Below are positions 1-12,462 of a DNA stretch of 64,000 nt, in pieces (the first letter of the stretch is position 1; every line of letters starts with the position of its first letter). Location of the stretch: assembly GCA_034780895.1 (NCBI GenBank), contig JAUZTB010000107.1, forward strand, positions 44,970,148-45,034,147, in the 5' to 3' direction. This DNA is from Rhynchobatus australiae (Eukaryota). Made by a program: the position numbers and the translations under genes. The notes beneath the pieces were generated by a model. It ran no database searches. It was not told where the DNA came from and was given only the letters and a program-made list of their open reading frames with translations.

Positions 1-205
1 TCCACTAGCCTTCTACTGATCCAAGAATGGTGCTCTTAGAAATAGGGGGTAAAAATGGACAACATATTTGGATATTTTTGTGGACATTTCTGGGATTTAA
101 ATAATCCAAGTAGATTGTGCAACCAAGTGGGAATACATGATTAGATATTTAAAATTGTTATGGAAATAACATACAGGAAGGTAGCTTTTCCAGAGCTGCC
201 AAATA

Positions 206-425
206 CAGATCATCCCCAGCTTACGAACGCCTGGCTTATGTACAGGCTGCACGTACAAATGACATTTGGGAGACTGGTGGTATGGATTTGCCAGCTGCTG
301 CGTGGTTGCAGTCATCTTCTCCTGCATGGGAATCTGCTTCATGGCTATATTTCGGACTTGCACACTGTTCAAGTTATGAACAGTTTACAAGAACGGAACC
401 CTTGTCATGACCTGGGTATGACTTG
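206..425. mobile_element. Degraded Tigger/pogo-like MITE
   Basis: Left end TA|CAGATCATCCCCAGCTTACGAAC resembles the reverse complement of the right end (CAAGTCATACCCAGGTCATGAC). Tigger-like terminus with TA on the left. Confidence 0.4.
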
Positions 426-885
426 CAAGATGAAATGATAATTTTGTTTGCACATCCTCAATCATAAACACGGAAATACACCACCAAATGGGAGATCTTC
501 CAAATTTGTTCTTGTATTAGATTATATTACCTGGGCAAAATTCACCAACAGGCAATGTTAAGTTTGTCAAGAAATGTGTCGTTAAGAAAAGTTGTTAATG
601 TTCTTGAGAAGTATGTGCCCTTGGCAATGGATATTTTAAGGGAACCTGACCATAACTTAATACATTGAAACATGAATAGACTAGTTTACATCTCCAGACT
701 CTGGCCAAAGAACTGTTAGTGTTGGAGGAGGTGTAGCACAGTAAACATGTCATCCCATGGCATTTATCAAATACAACATTTTTCAGAAGCTAACAGTCTA
801 CGCCCACTGGACAAAAATAAAATATGGCACAGAGGGTACATATAGTAAATAATGCACCAGAAGTCATCTTATTCAGAAAACTCAC

Positions 886-981
886 CTATGCAGCCTTTTA
901 GTAGTGGGTCAATTGCTTGTGGGTGGTCTGAAATCGTAAACTTGACAGCTGTCACCACTGTGCTTCGTGCATAAGCAGAAC
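886..981 (-). CDS. CAND2: CAND2 (CAND1-like) coding exon 11
   Basis: 96 nt, cag|...|gtgag, phase 1-1. Translates (G)[31 protein letters not shown](G), matching CAND1/2. Not captured by the ORF track. Confidence 0.93.
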
Positions 982-1119
982 CTGGGGAAAATTAAAAAGG
1001 TGAAGCACTCAATTTTCAATTTATTTTTAAACAAAACAGGCATGGCTTTTTTCAGCAGAGATGGGAAGAAACATTTCTTTTCACAAGGGAAGAAATACAG
1101 TTTGATTGCAAATTTCATA

Positions 1120-1400
1120 GAACTTAAAACATTACAGCACAGTACAGGCCCTACAGCCCACTATGTTGTGCCAACATTTTATCCTGCTCTAATATCTATC
1201 TAACCCTTCCCTCCCACATAGCCCTCCATTGTTCTATCATTCGTGTGGCTATCTAAAGAGTCTCTTAAATGTCCCTAATGTATCTGCCTCCACAACTGCA
1301 GGCAGTGTGTTCCACGCGCCCACCATTCTGTGTAAAAACAACTTACCTCTGACATTGCCCTTATTCCTTCCTCCAATCACCTTAAAATTATGCCCGCTCA
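1120..1400 (-). mobile_element. CR1/HER1-like LINE 3' end
   Basis: Minus ORF GHNFKVIGGRNKGNVRGKLFLHRMVGAWNTLPAVVEADTLGTFKRLF is the typical CR1 ORF2 C-terminus, followed by a 3' UTR. Confidence 0.8.
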
Positions 1401-2944
1401 TGTCAGTTTGATAATGCAAGTTAAAAAGCAGAAATGGCAAGTTTAGGAACACAAGAACAGGTTTAGTTATTGATCTAAAGTGCACTGGGTGGAGTTAACT
1501 TTCATGTCTATCAGCAAGGTGCAGGGTCATCAAATATCTGGCATGGGCCAAGTTTACATTACACCACTGATAAAAAGATACTGNNNNNNNNNNNNNNNNN
1601 NNNNNNNNNNNNNNNNNNNNNNNNNNNNNNNNNNNNNNNNNNNNNNNNNNNNNNNNNNNNNNNNNNNNNNNNNNNNNNNNNNNNNNNNNNNNNNNNNNNN
1701 NNNNNNNNNNNNNNNNNNNNNNNNNNNNNNNNNNNNNNNNNNNNNNNNNNNNNNNNNNNNNNNNNNNNNNNNNNNNNNNNNNNNNNNNNNNNNNNNNNNN
1801 NNNNNNNNNNNNNNNNNNNNNNNNNNNNNNNNNNNNNNNNNNNNNNNNNNNNNNNNNNNNNNNNNNNNNNNNNNNNNNNNNNNNNNNNNNNNNNNNNNNN
1901 NNNNNNNNNNNNNNNNNNNNNNNNNNNNNTCTGAGTTGGCAAAAGGTAGAATTCTCTGCTACAAACCCTTTCTGAACCACAGAATTTAAGTTTTTTTTAA
2001 AATAACCATTATAAATCTATAGAAAGTGAAGGGGCAAAATTAAACATGGCTTGTAGTGCAAAATATCAACACAAACTTGAAGGGAAGCTGGCCTGTTTCT
2101 GTACTGTTTAAAAAATTTAGTGACACCCATTATCTAGGTTTGACATCCTTCAGAATAGACAGCTGTCGTAAAATACATTATCAGTGTGCATTTCTGTCAA
2201 TTGGAACTGTAGTTAAATTGTGGTCTCTCAACCTTGCAGGCTATGAGGATCTTTTAGTCTCCTCATTATCTACTGAAGGAACTGTAGTACTATCTTTTGA
2301 GCAAAACATGTGGGGCAAAAGATTTTAGATTGAAGGATAGGAGGCATTTGACTCACTTCCTGTTAAGTTAATTAGCCAATTCTGATTGAAGCAAAATCTT
2401 TATAAAGTAGCTGAATCGATATTCATTGCAGGCAGACAATAACAATTAAATGAATATTATTAATGCAACTTGACTGAGAAGGGAAGAGCATNNNNNNNNN
2501 NNNNNNNNNNNNNNNNNNNNNNNNNNNNNNNNNNNNNNNNNNNNNNNGTGGACTGTGCATGGATCAGATGATGGGGAAAAATGTCTTCTTTCACCCAACC
2601 GAAGCTTTCATTTTATTTTCCTGTTCACACTCAAGTTTAATGGGCAATAATGGGAAGCAATGTCTGCTACACTTCATTTTGTAAACACAAACAAGTGAGA
2701 CCATTTGACTCTTAATCACAACTGAATCAGAAGTCTACGAGTTTCAAGGAGGTGTTATTCGAGAATAACCTGACTTGAATTTTGGATTTACATTTCCTTA
2801 AACCTGGGCAACAGATTCATTGACAGATGAGATAAGTATCTAATAATCATCCAATAAATCCTAGACTTGTACAATTCAGAAACAGGCTTTGCATCTCACT
2901 TATCAGTCAAAATCTAATATCAACTCAACGTTATTATTTTTTCC

Positions 2945-3230
2945 AGGATGTGGATATCACCTGCAAGGCCAGCATTTGTTGACAATCACTAATTGCCCTT
3001 GAGAGGCTGGTGGTGATACACCATTTTCCAGAACTACTGTAGTCCTTGTGTTGTAAGTACACCCACAGTGCTGTTGGAGAGAAGTTCTGGGATTTAGACT
3101 AGGGGACTATTAAGGACCAGTGATATAATTCCAAGTGAGAACAATGTGTAACTTGCAAGGGAACCTATAGGTGGTAGTGCACCTACTTCCCTTGTCCTTC
3201 CTAGTGGTTGAGGTTAAAGTTTTGGGCCTG
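2945..3230 (-). mobile_element. LINE (CR1/L2-type) 3' fragment
   Basis: The motif aaggccagcattt...aattgcccttgag recurs reverse-complemented at ~48050-48100, and related sequence lies at ~8820 and ~32600. Confidence 0.5.
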
Positions 3231-3449
3231 GGTTTCTCTAGTAGCTCACCCCAGTTCTAACCTCTGCATCCACTCTGTGCCACTAGGGCTGTAACAATAC
3301 TGGTCAGTAACAATGAGCATAGAAAGGATCTCTCATTGACTTCCTATACCTGGTTAATGGACACAAGTTGGGCCTCCCAAGTTAGCACTGAAGGGCAGAG
3401 AAGTCAGATGAACATAGCAAAAATGAGGCATGTACTATTATCACTCTCA

Positions 3450-3830
3450 CCCCCCCAAATCATTAAGGTTTTGGATTCAAGCCGCACATCACTTGATCTT
3501 GGCCAGCATTACATTGTGGAACTCTGTAATGTCATTGTCAAATGTGCAATCTTTCAAATGACATTAAATTGAGCCCCAACATGGTCTCTCAGACTGATAC
3601 AGAAAACTCAAAGGCAGCACTTCAAGATTGTGCATTCTTGTCCAACTGCTAACCTTCAAATAGGACCAACTGGCCCAAGCTTAAAATCACTTCATACATG
3701 GTGTTTTTAAGACCATAGTGTGCACAATATGACTCCTGCATTTCTTACATTACAATAATATGTGTAAGTATTTCATTGATTGTAATAAAAGTTGGACTAA
3801 TGTTAGACTATCTAGTGACCATGAAAAGCA
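3450..3830 (+). mobile_element. Old Deu-domain SINE-like remnant (SacSINE/AmnSINE type)
   Basis: Degenerate resemblance to the recalled Deu domain and tail (cattgtc...tctttcaaatgacattaaattgagcccc; gcatttcttacattacaa). Related pieces lie at ~10730-10850 and ~31865-32030. Confidence 0.35.
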
Positions 3831-3921
3831 TGACATACTTCCCCTAACCCCAGACCATACAATGTGCTGGTGCATCAGGGTCTTGATCAATAGTTATACA
3901 ATAAGCTATTTCTATACTTAC

Positions 3922-5427
3922 CAGAAGCAAGTTGTTTTTTCAGCCTGGGTAGCAAGTGGGATGGGTCAATGAGGGTTAACTTTCCTAGACATTCAGCTAC
4001 CACATTCCGAGTTCCTTCTTCAATACACTCACAGTTTTTGAAGAGCAAGGCCCAAATGTCTTGAATGTAAGGTTTTAAGCTGTCTGGCGAGGAGGAACTA
4101 ATAACCTCTTTCAGGGAGTGCAGCAACAAGTACTGACGCTTGGGCTGACTGCTGATCTCCTTGAGTATGAAAGGAAGATAATCACTGAGGTTTCCCACAC
4201 TGATGTTCCCTAATGCATAGGAGGCAGCCGACTTTACTTCTTCACTAGGTGATGAAAATGCTTCAAGGATAACCACCTTGAGCTCCTTTTGTGAGCCCAG
4301 ATTCATGGTGCGGCCTATCTCACCTAAAGAAAGTAGAGCCAGCAAACGGACTGAGTCAGAGGATTTAGGATTCTTCACTTCCTGAACAAATTGGTTCACC
4401 ACTGAACTGGCATCCCTTGGACAAGCTGAAGTAAGCGCAGCTACACATTTTGCCACAGAGTAATAGGCTTGCTTGTGCAAAAGCACAGGACCACCTGATT
4501 GAGTTGATGAATAGATGGTTCCTGTCAACTGCTTGAGCAGCTCCATGTAGCCCATGTTGGGAGTCTTGGATATGACCAAAGCTTGGAAGAAGTCCAAAAT
4601 TGCATTCAGAGCCCCCCCTTGCAGCAGTGGTGAGCGAACCAGGTTGAACAGCTCAATCAATATGGACCCACCAATCTTGGAAACAGATGATGGGTAGACT
4701 TTGGCTAGAGACGTCAGGAAGGTGATGGCCATCTGAGAGACATGCATGTCACTCTCCCCAATGAGGGATGGAAGCTCCTTCAAGACTGACTCAATCATCA
4801 TTGGCTTTAGGCTGTCACTGTAATTCTTAATCAGGATATCCAGAGCAGCGAGGGTACTTAGTTTTAATGCACGCTGGTTTTTCCTTAGAAAGGAAGCCAG
4901 GATGGGAACAGCCTCACCGAGAATTGGGCGCAGATCAATTTTTAAAGGAGAACTTGCAATCAGGGTCAAGGTTTTGACTGTGGTCAGTCGTGTGATCTCA
5001 TTCTTCAGTCGTTCAAGGAAGATTTGCAATGTGGGATTCAGGTCAGCACCCAGATTGTCTCCCAGGTTACAGATGATTTGCCCCATACAGGCAATAGCTC
5101 TCTCCTTCACCTCCTGGTCAATATCAGCAGCTTTTAATCTCTTCAAAGTGCTACTAAACAAATCCTTCACATATGGCTTAGCATCAAATGAACAAGGTTT
5201 GCCCAGTGGACGGATCACCTCTATAAGTTGCTGAGTCACAAGCAAAGCCTCAGATGTTATTTTGTAGAAAGGGTCACTAATGCAGGCCACAGTTGGAGGC
5301 AACAAAGTCTTGACATGGGGATGAAAAACTTCTGGTGGATGATTGCAGAGGATAACATGGAAGAAGGTCAGTGCGTCAATCTTCATGTTTGAGGTACTTG
5401 ATTTGTCAGTAAGGGAGTAAATAATGC
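3922..5427 (-). CDS. CAND2: CAND2 coding exon 10 (large HEAT-repeat exon)
   Basis: 1506 nt open, ttttacag|GC...TG|gtaagt. Translates GIIYSLTDKSSTSNMKIDAL...AADIDQEVKERAI...LLPRLKKQLASG, an unmistakable CAND family sequence. Confidence 0.95.
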
Positions 5428-5494
5428 CTGTAAAATAAAGAATATGGGATCATTTTATCATCACTGAACTTCCAAATATTATGAAGCAAACACA

Positions 5495-6560
5495 TCTCCT
5501 CCTCCCCCCCTCCTTTTTGTTTTCCCTCATTCTTGTGGCTCCCTCACCCCTTCTCTTTCCCCTGCCCCGCCCTCACAACTTGCCCATCACCTCCCTCTGG
5601 TTCTCCACCTTCCCTTTATTCCATGGTCTATTGCCCTCTCATCGTATACCTCCTTCTCCAACCCTTTGCCTCTTCCTCCCATCACCTCAGAGCTTCTCAC
5701 ATCATTCTTTTTCATCCCCCTNNNNNNNNNNNNNNNNNNNNNNNNNNNNNNNNNNNNNNNNNNNNNNNNNNNNNNNNNNNNNNNNNNNNNNNNNNNNNNN
5801 NNNNNNNNNNNNNNNNNNNNNNNNNNNNNNNNNNNNNNNNNNNNNNNNNNNNNNNNNNNNNNNNNNNNNNNNNNNNNNNNNNNNNNNNNNNNNNNNNNNN
5901 NNNNNNNNNNNNNNNNNNNNNNNNNNNNNNNNNNNNNNNNNNNNNNNNNNNNNNNNNNNNNNNNNNNNNNNNNNNNNNNNNNNNNNNNNNNNNNNNNNNN
6001 NNNNNNNNNNNNNNNNNNNNNNNNNNNNNNNNNNNNNNNNNNNNNNNNNNNNNNNNNNNNNNNNNNNNNNNNNNNNNNNNNNNNNNNNNNNNNNNNNNNN
6101 NNNNNNNNNNNNNNNNNNNNNNNNNNNNNNNNNNNNNNNNNNNNNNNNNNNNNNNNNNNNNNNNNNNNNNNNNNNNNNNNNNNNNNNNNNNNNNNNNNNN
6201 NNNNNNNNNNNNNNNNNNNCCCTCACCCTTCTCTTTCCCCTCCCCCACCCTCACAACTTGCCCATCTATTCCCCAACTCCTTCCCTTTATTCTACGGTCA
6301 ACTGTCCTCTCCTAACGGATTCCTCCTTCTTCAGCCTTTGCCTCTTCTACCTATCAATACTCCCTTTCATCCCCCCTCTGTCACCCACCTTGACTCACCT
6401 ATCACCTGCCACCTTGTGCTTCTCCCCCTACCTTTTTATTTTGGCTTCTGTCCCCTTCCTTTCCAGTTGTGATGAATGCTCTTGAACCAACATGTCTATT
6501 GTTTATTTCCCTCCATAGATACTGCCTGACCTGCTGAGTTCCTCCAGCATTTTGTGTGTA
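5495..6560 (+). mobile_element. Penelope-like element 3' region (CT-rich tract plus terminal repeat), interrupted by a gap
   Basis: CT-rich tract followed by the family terminus gatactgcctgacctgctgagttcctccagcattttgtgtgt. Same architecture at 37850-38290 and 57250-57840. Confidence 0.7.
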
Positions 6561-7761
6561 GTGCATCTCCTCAAGTCTCTACAAAATCCCAGCCTGTCCC
6601 AGGCCAATCTTAATCTCTTGACCGGCAGGCCCCAACAAACTTAAACACATTGCCAGGACAGAATAAAGAGCAATTGGTACACTCCTTCTCACAAAGCATA
6701 CTTTTCTCCCTCTCTCTCACCAAACACAACATTCCATCATAACTCTCTTCTCTTTCTTTTTCCTATTTCCTCTGGAATGAAAGAATCCAGAATAAGGAGT
6801 CATGACTTTAAGATTAGACTGGGCCATTCAGAATGTCCAAAAGCCTGACTACACAAAAACAGCACTGAAAATATAGAGCTGTACCCAGAACAAAAAGTGT
6901 TGAAGCTAGGCGTGGGGCACAATTGATAATTTCAAATTGCGAGTCTGAGTTTTCTTAGGCAAAGATACAAAGGATAAAGAACCAGGTCAAGATGGATGGA
7001 AGTGCACATGAGCCAGGGCTCAACTGAATGTAGAAACAGGCTAAAGAGCCTGAATGACCTGCTCCCAAATCCTATTCCTCAATGCACCCATATTGTACTG
7101 AAATAGAGATTGATCTCATGTAAAATCCTTTCCCTTCCCTGAAACTTACATCTCCCTTTGTCTTCACTTTCAAATCAACAGCCCAGTTCTGGCCTCAAAC
7201 TATTCCTAGTTGCCCTTTATATTCCTTGAATTCTTTACAACCTTTGAATAGAGTAATTGTATTTATTCTAGTGTCACTCCCTGGTTGGGAGACAAAACCA
7301 TTGCCGAGAGAGGTTTATTCAACACAACCCAAAAAGAGAACATCTCACTGGTTTTGTATCACACAGTAAAGTCATCCTATAAGTACACTCCAGTCTTTGA
7401 TACCAGGAGAATTGTTTTCAGCTCTGTGACAAGACTTACCCTGACAGGTTATTTTATGGCACTATTAAAAAACTAAAACAAAATAAAAAATTTATCTTTA
7501 AGAACAAGGCACAAATAAAATGCCATGTTCTTAAAATAAATACCTGGCAGCCATTTGGTTGGGATTGTGATCTGAGGCATTTAGATAAAAAATTTAAAAT
7601 GCTCAGATTAGTTCCTGTGCTCCTAGGGTGAGTGTTGTCTGTGATGGGAGTGGCCACAGGTCATACTTGAATGACTGACAAGGGAGGATGAATGAATATT
7701 CTGCTCTACACATCTGCTATATGATCTTTGTAAATCTTGCAGTATTTAGACAAAATTCCAA

Positions 7762-7840
7762 GAGTATAATTTAGTACCCGAGTAAAATTATAATTCCAAG
7801 AATACAATTTAGTTCCCGAGTCCCCAAGAATACAATTTAG
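7762..7840. repeat. Short imperfect tandem repeat, about 3 copies
   Basis: ccaagagtataatttag / ccaagaatacaatttag / ccaagaatacaatttag. Confidence 0.7.
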
Positions 7841-8243
7841 CCAATATCAATGAAAGGAGCAGCCTTGTCTCATTCAAAGCATAATTGTTTTAAAATTGTC
7901 ACCGAGAGGGATTATTTTTTTGAAGCTTTTCACCACCAAACGCAACGTAGAAACAAGAGAACCAGTCAGAGAGCCAATCCAACGTCGACTGCATGGGTCT
8001 GATGACATGCAACATTAATGATAAGTGACTGGCCTCTATTTGGAACTGCTAGAGAGCCAAGTACACAAGGTCAGTAAATCTGACTGTGAAAGAGGGGAGC
8101 AAGGAAAGATGCAGCAACCACCATTCTGTGTGTTAATGCCCCCCTGCAACAAATTTACAAAATGTTAAATATGGAGCTTCTCTTCAATTTATCTATTTTA
8201 GATAAGAACATTGCACACTGCCACTATCCACACTCATTCATAC

Positions 8244-8385
8244 CTGGTACCAAGGCTGGTATATGTTCTGACAAGCCTCCTGGTAGGACGCTAGCCAATT
8301 CCGTTAGAAGATTGAAACAGCCTTGTCGTGTCTTCATACTCTTCTCCTTAAGCTGCTTGTGTAAAGCTTTCACTATGCTAGGTAC
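8244..8385 (-). CDS. CAND2: CAND2 coding exon 9
   Basis: 142 nt, aag|GTA...CAG|gtatga. Translates [47 protein letters not shown](G). Confidence 0.95.
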
Positions 8386-8505
8386 CTTCAGGAGAAGGAA
8401 AGCAAAAAGGGGGCAAGGCAGATAGTACGGGAAAGGAAAGGCAGGGAAGGGGGCAAGGAAAGCAGAGGAGAGAGGAGAGGAAGGAAGGAGGAATGGAGGA
8501 GAGTT

Positions 8506-8668
8506 GAACAATGGGAAATGAGAGAAAAAGAACTCTTGAAAAGTTTTGTTCTCCTCTTCCTTCTCAGGCAAAGAGAAAACAACACTGACTGCGATCTTCT
8601 TCCTCCGGACCATCTGTGGGTTGGAAGTATAGCTCTCATCTGCCATCATGAATGTCTCCTCAGCTGAC
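8506..8668 (-). pseudogene. FNIP2: Ectopic FNIP2-like exon B (3'-truncated) inside CAND2 intron 8
   Basis: Acceptor ttattacaag|G with a CTAAC branch-like site ~36 nt upstream. Translates (W)[54 protein letters not shown], matching recalled FNIP1/2 (..[36 protein letters not shown]). Homology stops at FPLF. Confidence 0.85.
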
Positions 8669-9272
8669 CTTGTAATAAGTACACATTTAACAGAAACAAG
8701 GAAGTTAGTTGCAGAAACATGAATATGAAAATATTAACTTCTGCACCAAAAAGAGAAGGGATAGCCCAATTTTAATCAAAAAAAAAGGTTAGGAACTAAA
8801 CAGGCAAGATTTCCCTTTCCTAAATGTCTTCATAAGGTGGAGGTGAGCCAACTTCTTGAACCCATGTAATCAATACCGAGAAGGTAATCCCACACCTTCA
8901 AGATATTCAGTAATGCTTTTCTAGTGATCTTGAAGAAAGGGAACTTCCTTTATAATCATTGTTCGAGGTGATAGAGGTCATGGGTTTAGGAAGCATTATT
9001 GTGGATGGTGCAGTGACTGCATCACAACTGCACTCACCCAAGCAAGCAAATCACACTAGTTGTTTCTGATAATAACAATCACATTTATGTAGCACCTTTA
9101 ACATTATGAAATAACCATGGAGCTTTATACAAGTTATACACAGGCATGATATGCCATTATATCTCCATAAATTTACAAAGTACTTTGACAAGACACAGAG
9201 TTAACCATTTCTTCCTTCAGGGATTGTTTTAAGCAACACAAGAATGGTTACATTACAAATTTTTACACTTAC

Positions 9273-9392
9273 CATCTGGGAAGAATGCCGTTTTCAAGGC
9301 TGGTGGTCTGACTGCGCAGCCAGCGCCGCTGAAAACTACTGGCACAATTACTGGAAAAGGAAGAATTTGGAGAAGGGAATGGTGTAACCAAG
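9273..9392 (-). pseudogene. FNIP2: Ectopic FNIP2-like exon A (5' part lost in N gap) inside CAND2 intron 8
   Basis: Translates [39 protein letters not shown](W) and ends at a perfect TG|gtaagt donor. Phase 2 matches exon [15 protein letters not shown] is an FNIP1/2 signature. Confidence 0.85.
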
Positions 9393-10247
9393 NNNNNNNN
9401 NNNNNNNNNNNNNNNNNNNNNNNNNNNNNNNNNNNNNNNNNNNNNNNNNNNNNNNNNNNNNNNNNNNNNNNNNNNNNNNNNNNNNNNNNNNNTTTTGCAA
9501 TTGATTAATAACCTACTAATCTCTTGGTAGCTCATTCACAATCCACTGTCTGGTAACCACGTTCCTACCCAATACCTTATGGATGATATTCTTAACTTGC
9601 TCCTGCAGACATATGTATCCAATGCCCAACCTGTAACTGATTGTAAATGTATTCCATTACCAGGGTATCAATCTATATTACCAGTTCACTGCTTATGGCT
9701 ATTACACAGAATATATTAGCTCATTATGATTACCTGTTACCAAGCTTCCTGATCTAGCCTCAGATTCCAAAAATCCACTCATCTCACCTTGAATATGATC
9801 TTGAATGAGCATCCAAACCCCTTTAGACATAGAACTCCAAAAGACTCAAAGATGAATTTATTTACCCTCATCTCAACTCCGTATTGTTATCTAATTCTGA
9901 CATCACAACCCCTATTTCTCGGCTTTTTAAGTAGAGGAAGCAGCCTGTTGGCACCTACTTTGTAAATCCTGCTCAGAATCTGGTATTTTTCAGCAAGATC
10001 ACCTCTCAATCTTTTAAACTCCATTGAATATAGTTTTAACACTTCAAAAAAAAAAGTGACAGTATTCTATCACCTATGCCATTCACTGCCAGTCTGATAC
10101 TGGTTTGTGCCAAGGTGGTTGGCATTGGAAAGGGAAGAATCAGGTAACATTCTCACTACTCTCAAGTGTTCACAATGTGGATCTTGGCGAGGGCAGGCTA
10201 AGGTGCACGAGAAAAACTATAATGTGTACCTACAGAAAAAGACTCAC

Positions 10248-10540
10248 TTGGTTTTGAAGCATCACAAGGGGCATATCTCCCTGCTCCAGCACATCTGCAG
10301 TTTGCAACCAGCTCTGGACTGGTTTTGTCTGCTTCAGGAGAGACACATAGGCGTGAAATATATCAGCCTTCACATTCTCTTCCCGTTCCTTGAATCTACT
10401 GATCAGAGCTGGCGAGACCGTCTTATAAAACTCCTGCAGCATTTCATGCCTGGTGCTCACAATGGCATCCAAACATTTGGTAGAAGCTCGACGCACCTTC
10501 CAGCTCATATCATCATCATCCGTGTACTCCTCTTCACTGT
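10248..10540 (-). CDS. CAND2: CAND2 coding exon 8
   Basis: 293 nt, cag|AC...CAA|gtgagt. Translates (D)SEEEYTDDDDMSWKVRRASTKCLDAIVSTRHEML...MLQNQ. Confidence 0.95.
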
Positions 10541-11444
10541 CTGATTGGAGTATGAAATTAAAAAAAAATAGTAAATTCAGGTCTGACAAAGCCATCAAAT
10601 GCCTATCCACCATTCTTCTCAAGTCTGATTGCTTTAAAACATTTGTGGGGACTTTTAAGGCAAATTATATGAAGGCCAGCACAACAGTGTGAAAGGGAAG
10701 ATGATGCTTTTGCCTTTTACAGTAAGAAATCAGAATTCTCCCCACCATCCTGGCCAATATTCATTATTCAACCATCATTATTGAAACAGATTATCTGATT
10801 GTTTATCTAGTGCTGTTTACAGGATCTTGTGCCTGAATTGGCTGCCATGAATCAGGCGCTCTTAAAAAAAATGGCCATAATACTTTGTCAGTTATGTTTG
10901 CAAATAAAAATTACAGTACTAAAGAGCTCCAAACCAAATTAGTGAAAAATGCGAGGAATTTGTAATCGATGCGCCCAGACTATGNNNNNNNNNNNNNAAG
11001 GAACCCAATCCACTCACCCTAGTGCAGAAAATTGAGATGCAACTTGAAAGCAGAAATCTTACCTAGAATTTAACCAGCTAAAAGCAGCATAAACATAACC
11101 AGTCATACGCCTCACTTCATTTCCTTATTATTTCATTTTAGTTGTAGTTAGCGTGCAAGAAAAAAAATCAGCTATGATTCAGATGGAGCAGTCCGTGTGG
11201 GCCGAATAGCCTAATTTGTCTCCTAGACCTTTTGTCTTTAAAACAAAACAAAGCTTTTTTTTCCCCCCTCACACCAAGCATTAAGAACTGCTAGATTAAG
11301 TATATCATGCTAAAAGGCAAAGTCGGGCAGTCAAACATTCCCAGATCACACAGAGGGGAGACCAAGTATTCTTTAATTTAACTTATTAAGCAGTCCTCAC
11401 AATGCTACATTCAATCCCAGTCAACTTTCACAATCGAGAAACAG

Positions 11445-11545
11445 TACTCTGATGAAAGATCATTGACCTGAAACACTGACTCTCTCTCTCCACTGGAGCT
11501 GTCTGACTAGCTGAGAATTTCCAGCATTTTCCATTTTTATTTCAA
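11445..11545 (+). mobile_element. Penelope-like terminal repeat half with hammerhead-like core
   Basis: CTGATGA-aagatcattgacct-GAAAC followed by the family tail (ctgactagctgagaatttccagcattt). Confidence 0.6.
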
Positions 11546-12462
11546 TGAATATTTTCCCGAATTAAAACACTACTGGCTTTAATACTTGAGACCAATCAGT
11601 TCCACCCTAAAAACATTAATGAGATTTATTTTCCCTTCATTCATCCTCTTTCCTTGGGTGGAGTAATCTAGAACAATAAGGCNNNNNNNNNNNNNNNNNN
11701 NNNNNNNNNNNNNNNNNNNNNNNNNNNNNNNNNNNNNNNNNNNNNNNNNNNNNNNNNNNNNNNNNNNNNNNNNNNNNNNNNNAGGCTCACTTGTGCATTG
11801 AGATACAGATGCAGTTTTTTCATCAAAAGACATTGTAAATGTTGAACCAACTCCCCCAAAAAGCAGTGAAAACTGGCTTATGAACTTTTTGCGACTAAAA
11901 TTAATAGGTTTTTCTTGGGCAATATTGTCAACTGTTTCTCAGATAAATAACGTATTGATAAGCCATGACCTAAATAAAAGGCAGAACAAATTTCATTTAA
12001 CTCCCATGTTGATTGTTACTTTTAAGTATTGTTCCATAGGCAATACAGATTTATAATTCCTCATCGAAGTGTCATTTGTTTTTGTTTGAGATGGTTTGAG
12101 GACATAGCATGGTTCATCCTGATCTTCTCCTCATCTGATATCCACATGTAAATGTTTTCATTTGGTTAAATGTCACAATTATTAACCATGGCTGACTTTC
12201 TTCTTTCCAGCCAGGGAATAATGAATCCATCCAGCAATGAGATCTGTCAAATAACCCCGGGATAACTATTCACTGTATAAATTTGCCATAGGAGAAGCTG
12301 ATGCTTACATGATCTCAGGTCAGCACAGGTCATGCCACAAGGCTATTTCCTCTCCTCTTTCCTCTTATTTGTGATGCTGGTTCAGCTATTCTCAACATTA
12401 TGATGTTCAAAAGGAAATGCAATAAAGGAAAAACCTCTCATCATTGAGCATGAAGCACTGAC

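Noticed and set aside
1-885. Search for CAND2 exon 12 (DFLKTL.DPDLNVRR..)
   Set aside because: Not found. The local ORFs overlap a MITE-like element and have no homology.
1480-1989. Long ORFs spanning N runs (also 5481-6485, 34397-35707, 44532-45084, 52809-53178, 54735-55118)
   Set aside because: Their length comes from X codons across assembly gaps, and the flanks are repeats or intron.
4902-5234. 110-aa plus-strand ORF
   Set aside because: It is the antisense shadow of CAND2 exon 10. The same applies to 10107-10692 and 29783-30046.
9273-9350. Possible 78-nt native CAND2 cassette exon, or an ATG-ending alternative first exon
   Set aside because: The phase-0 frame contains TAA, TAG and TGA. 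The open phase-2 frame extends past the apparent acceptor and is explained by FNIP homology.
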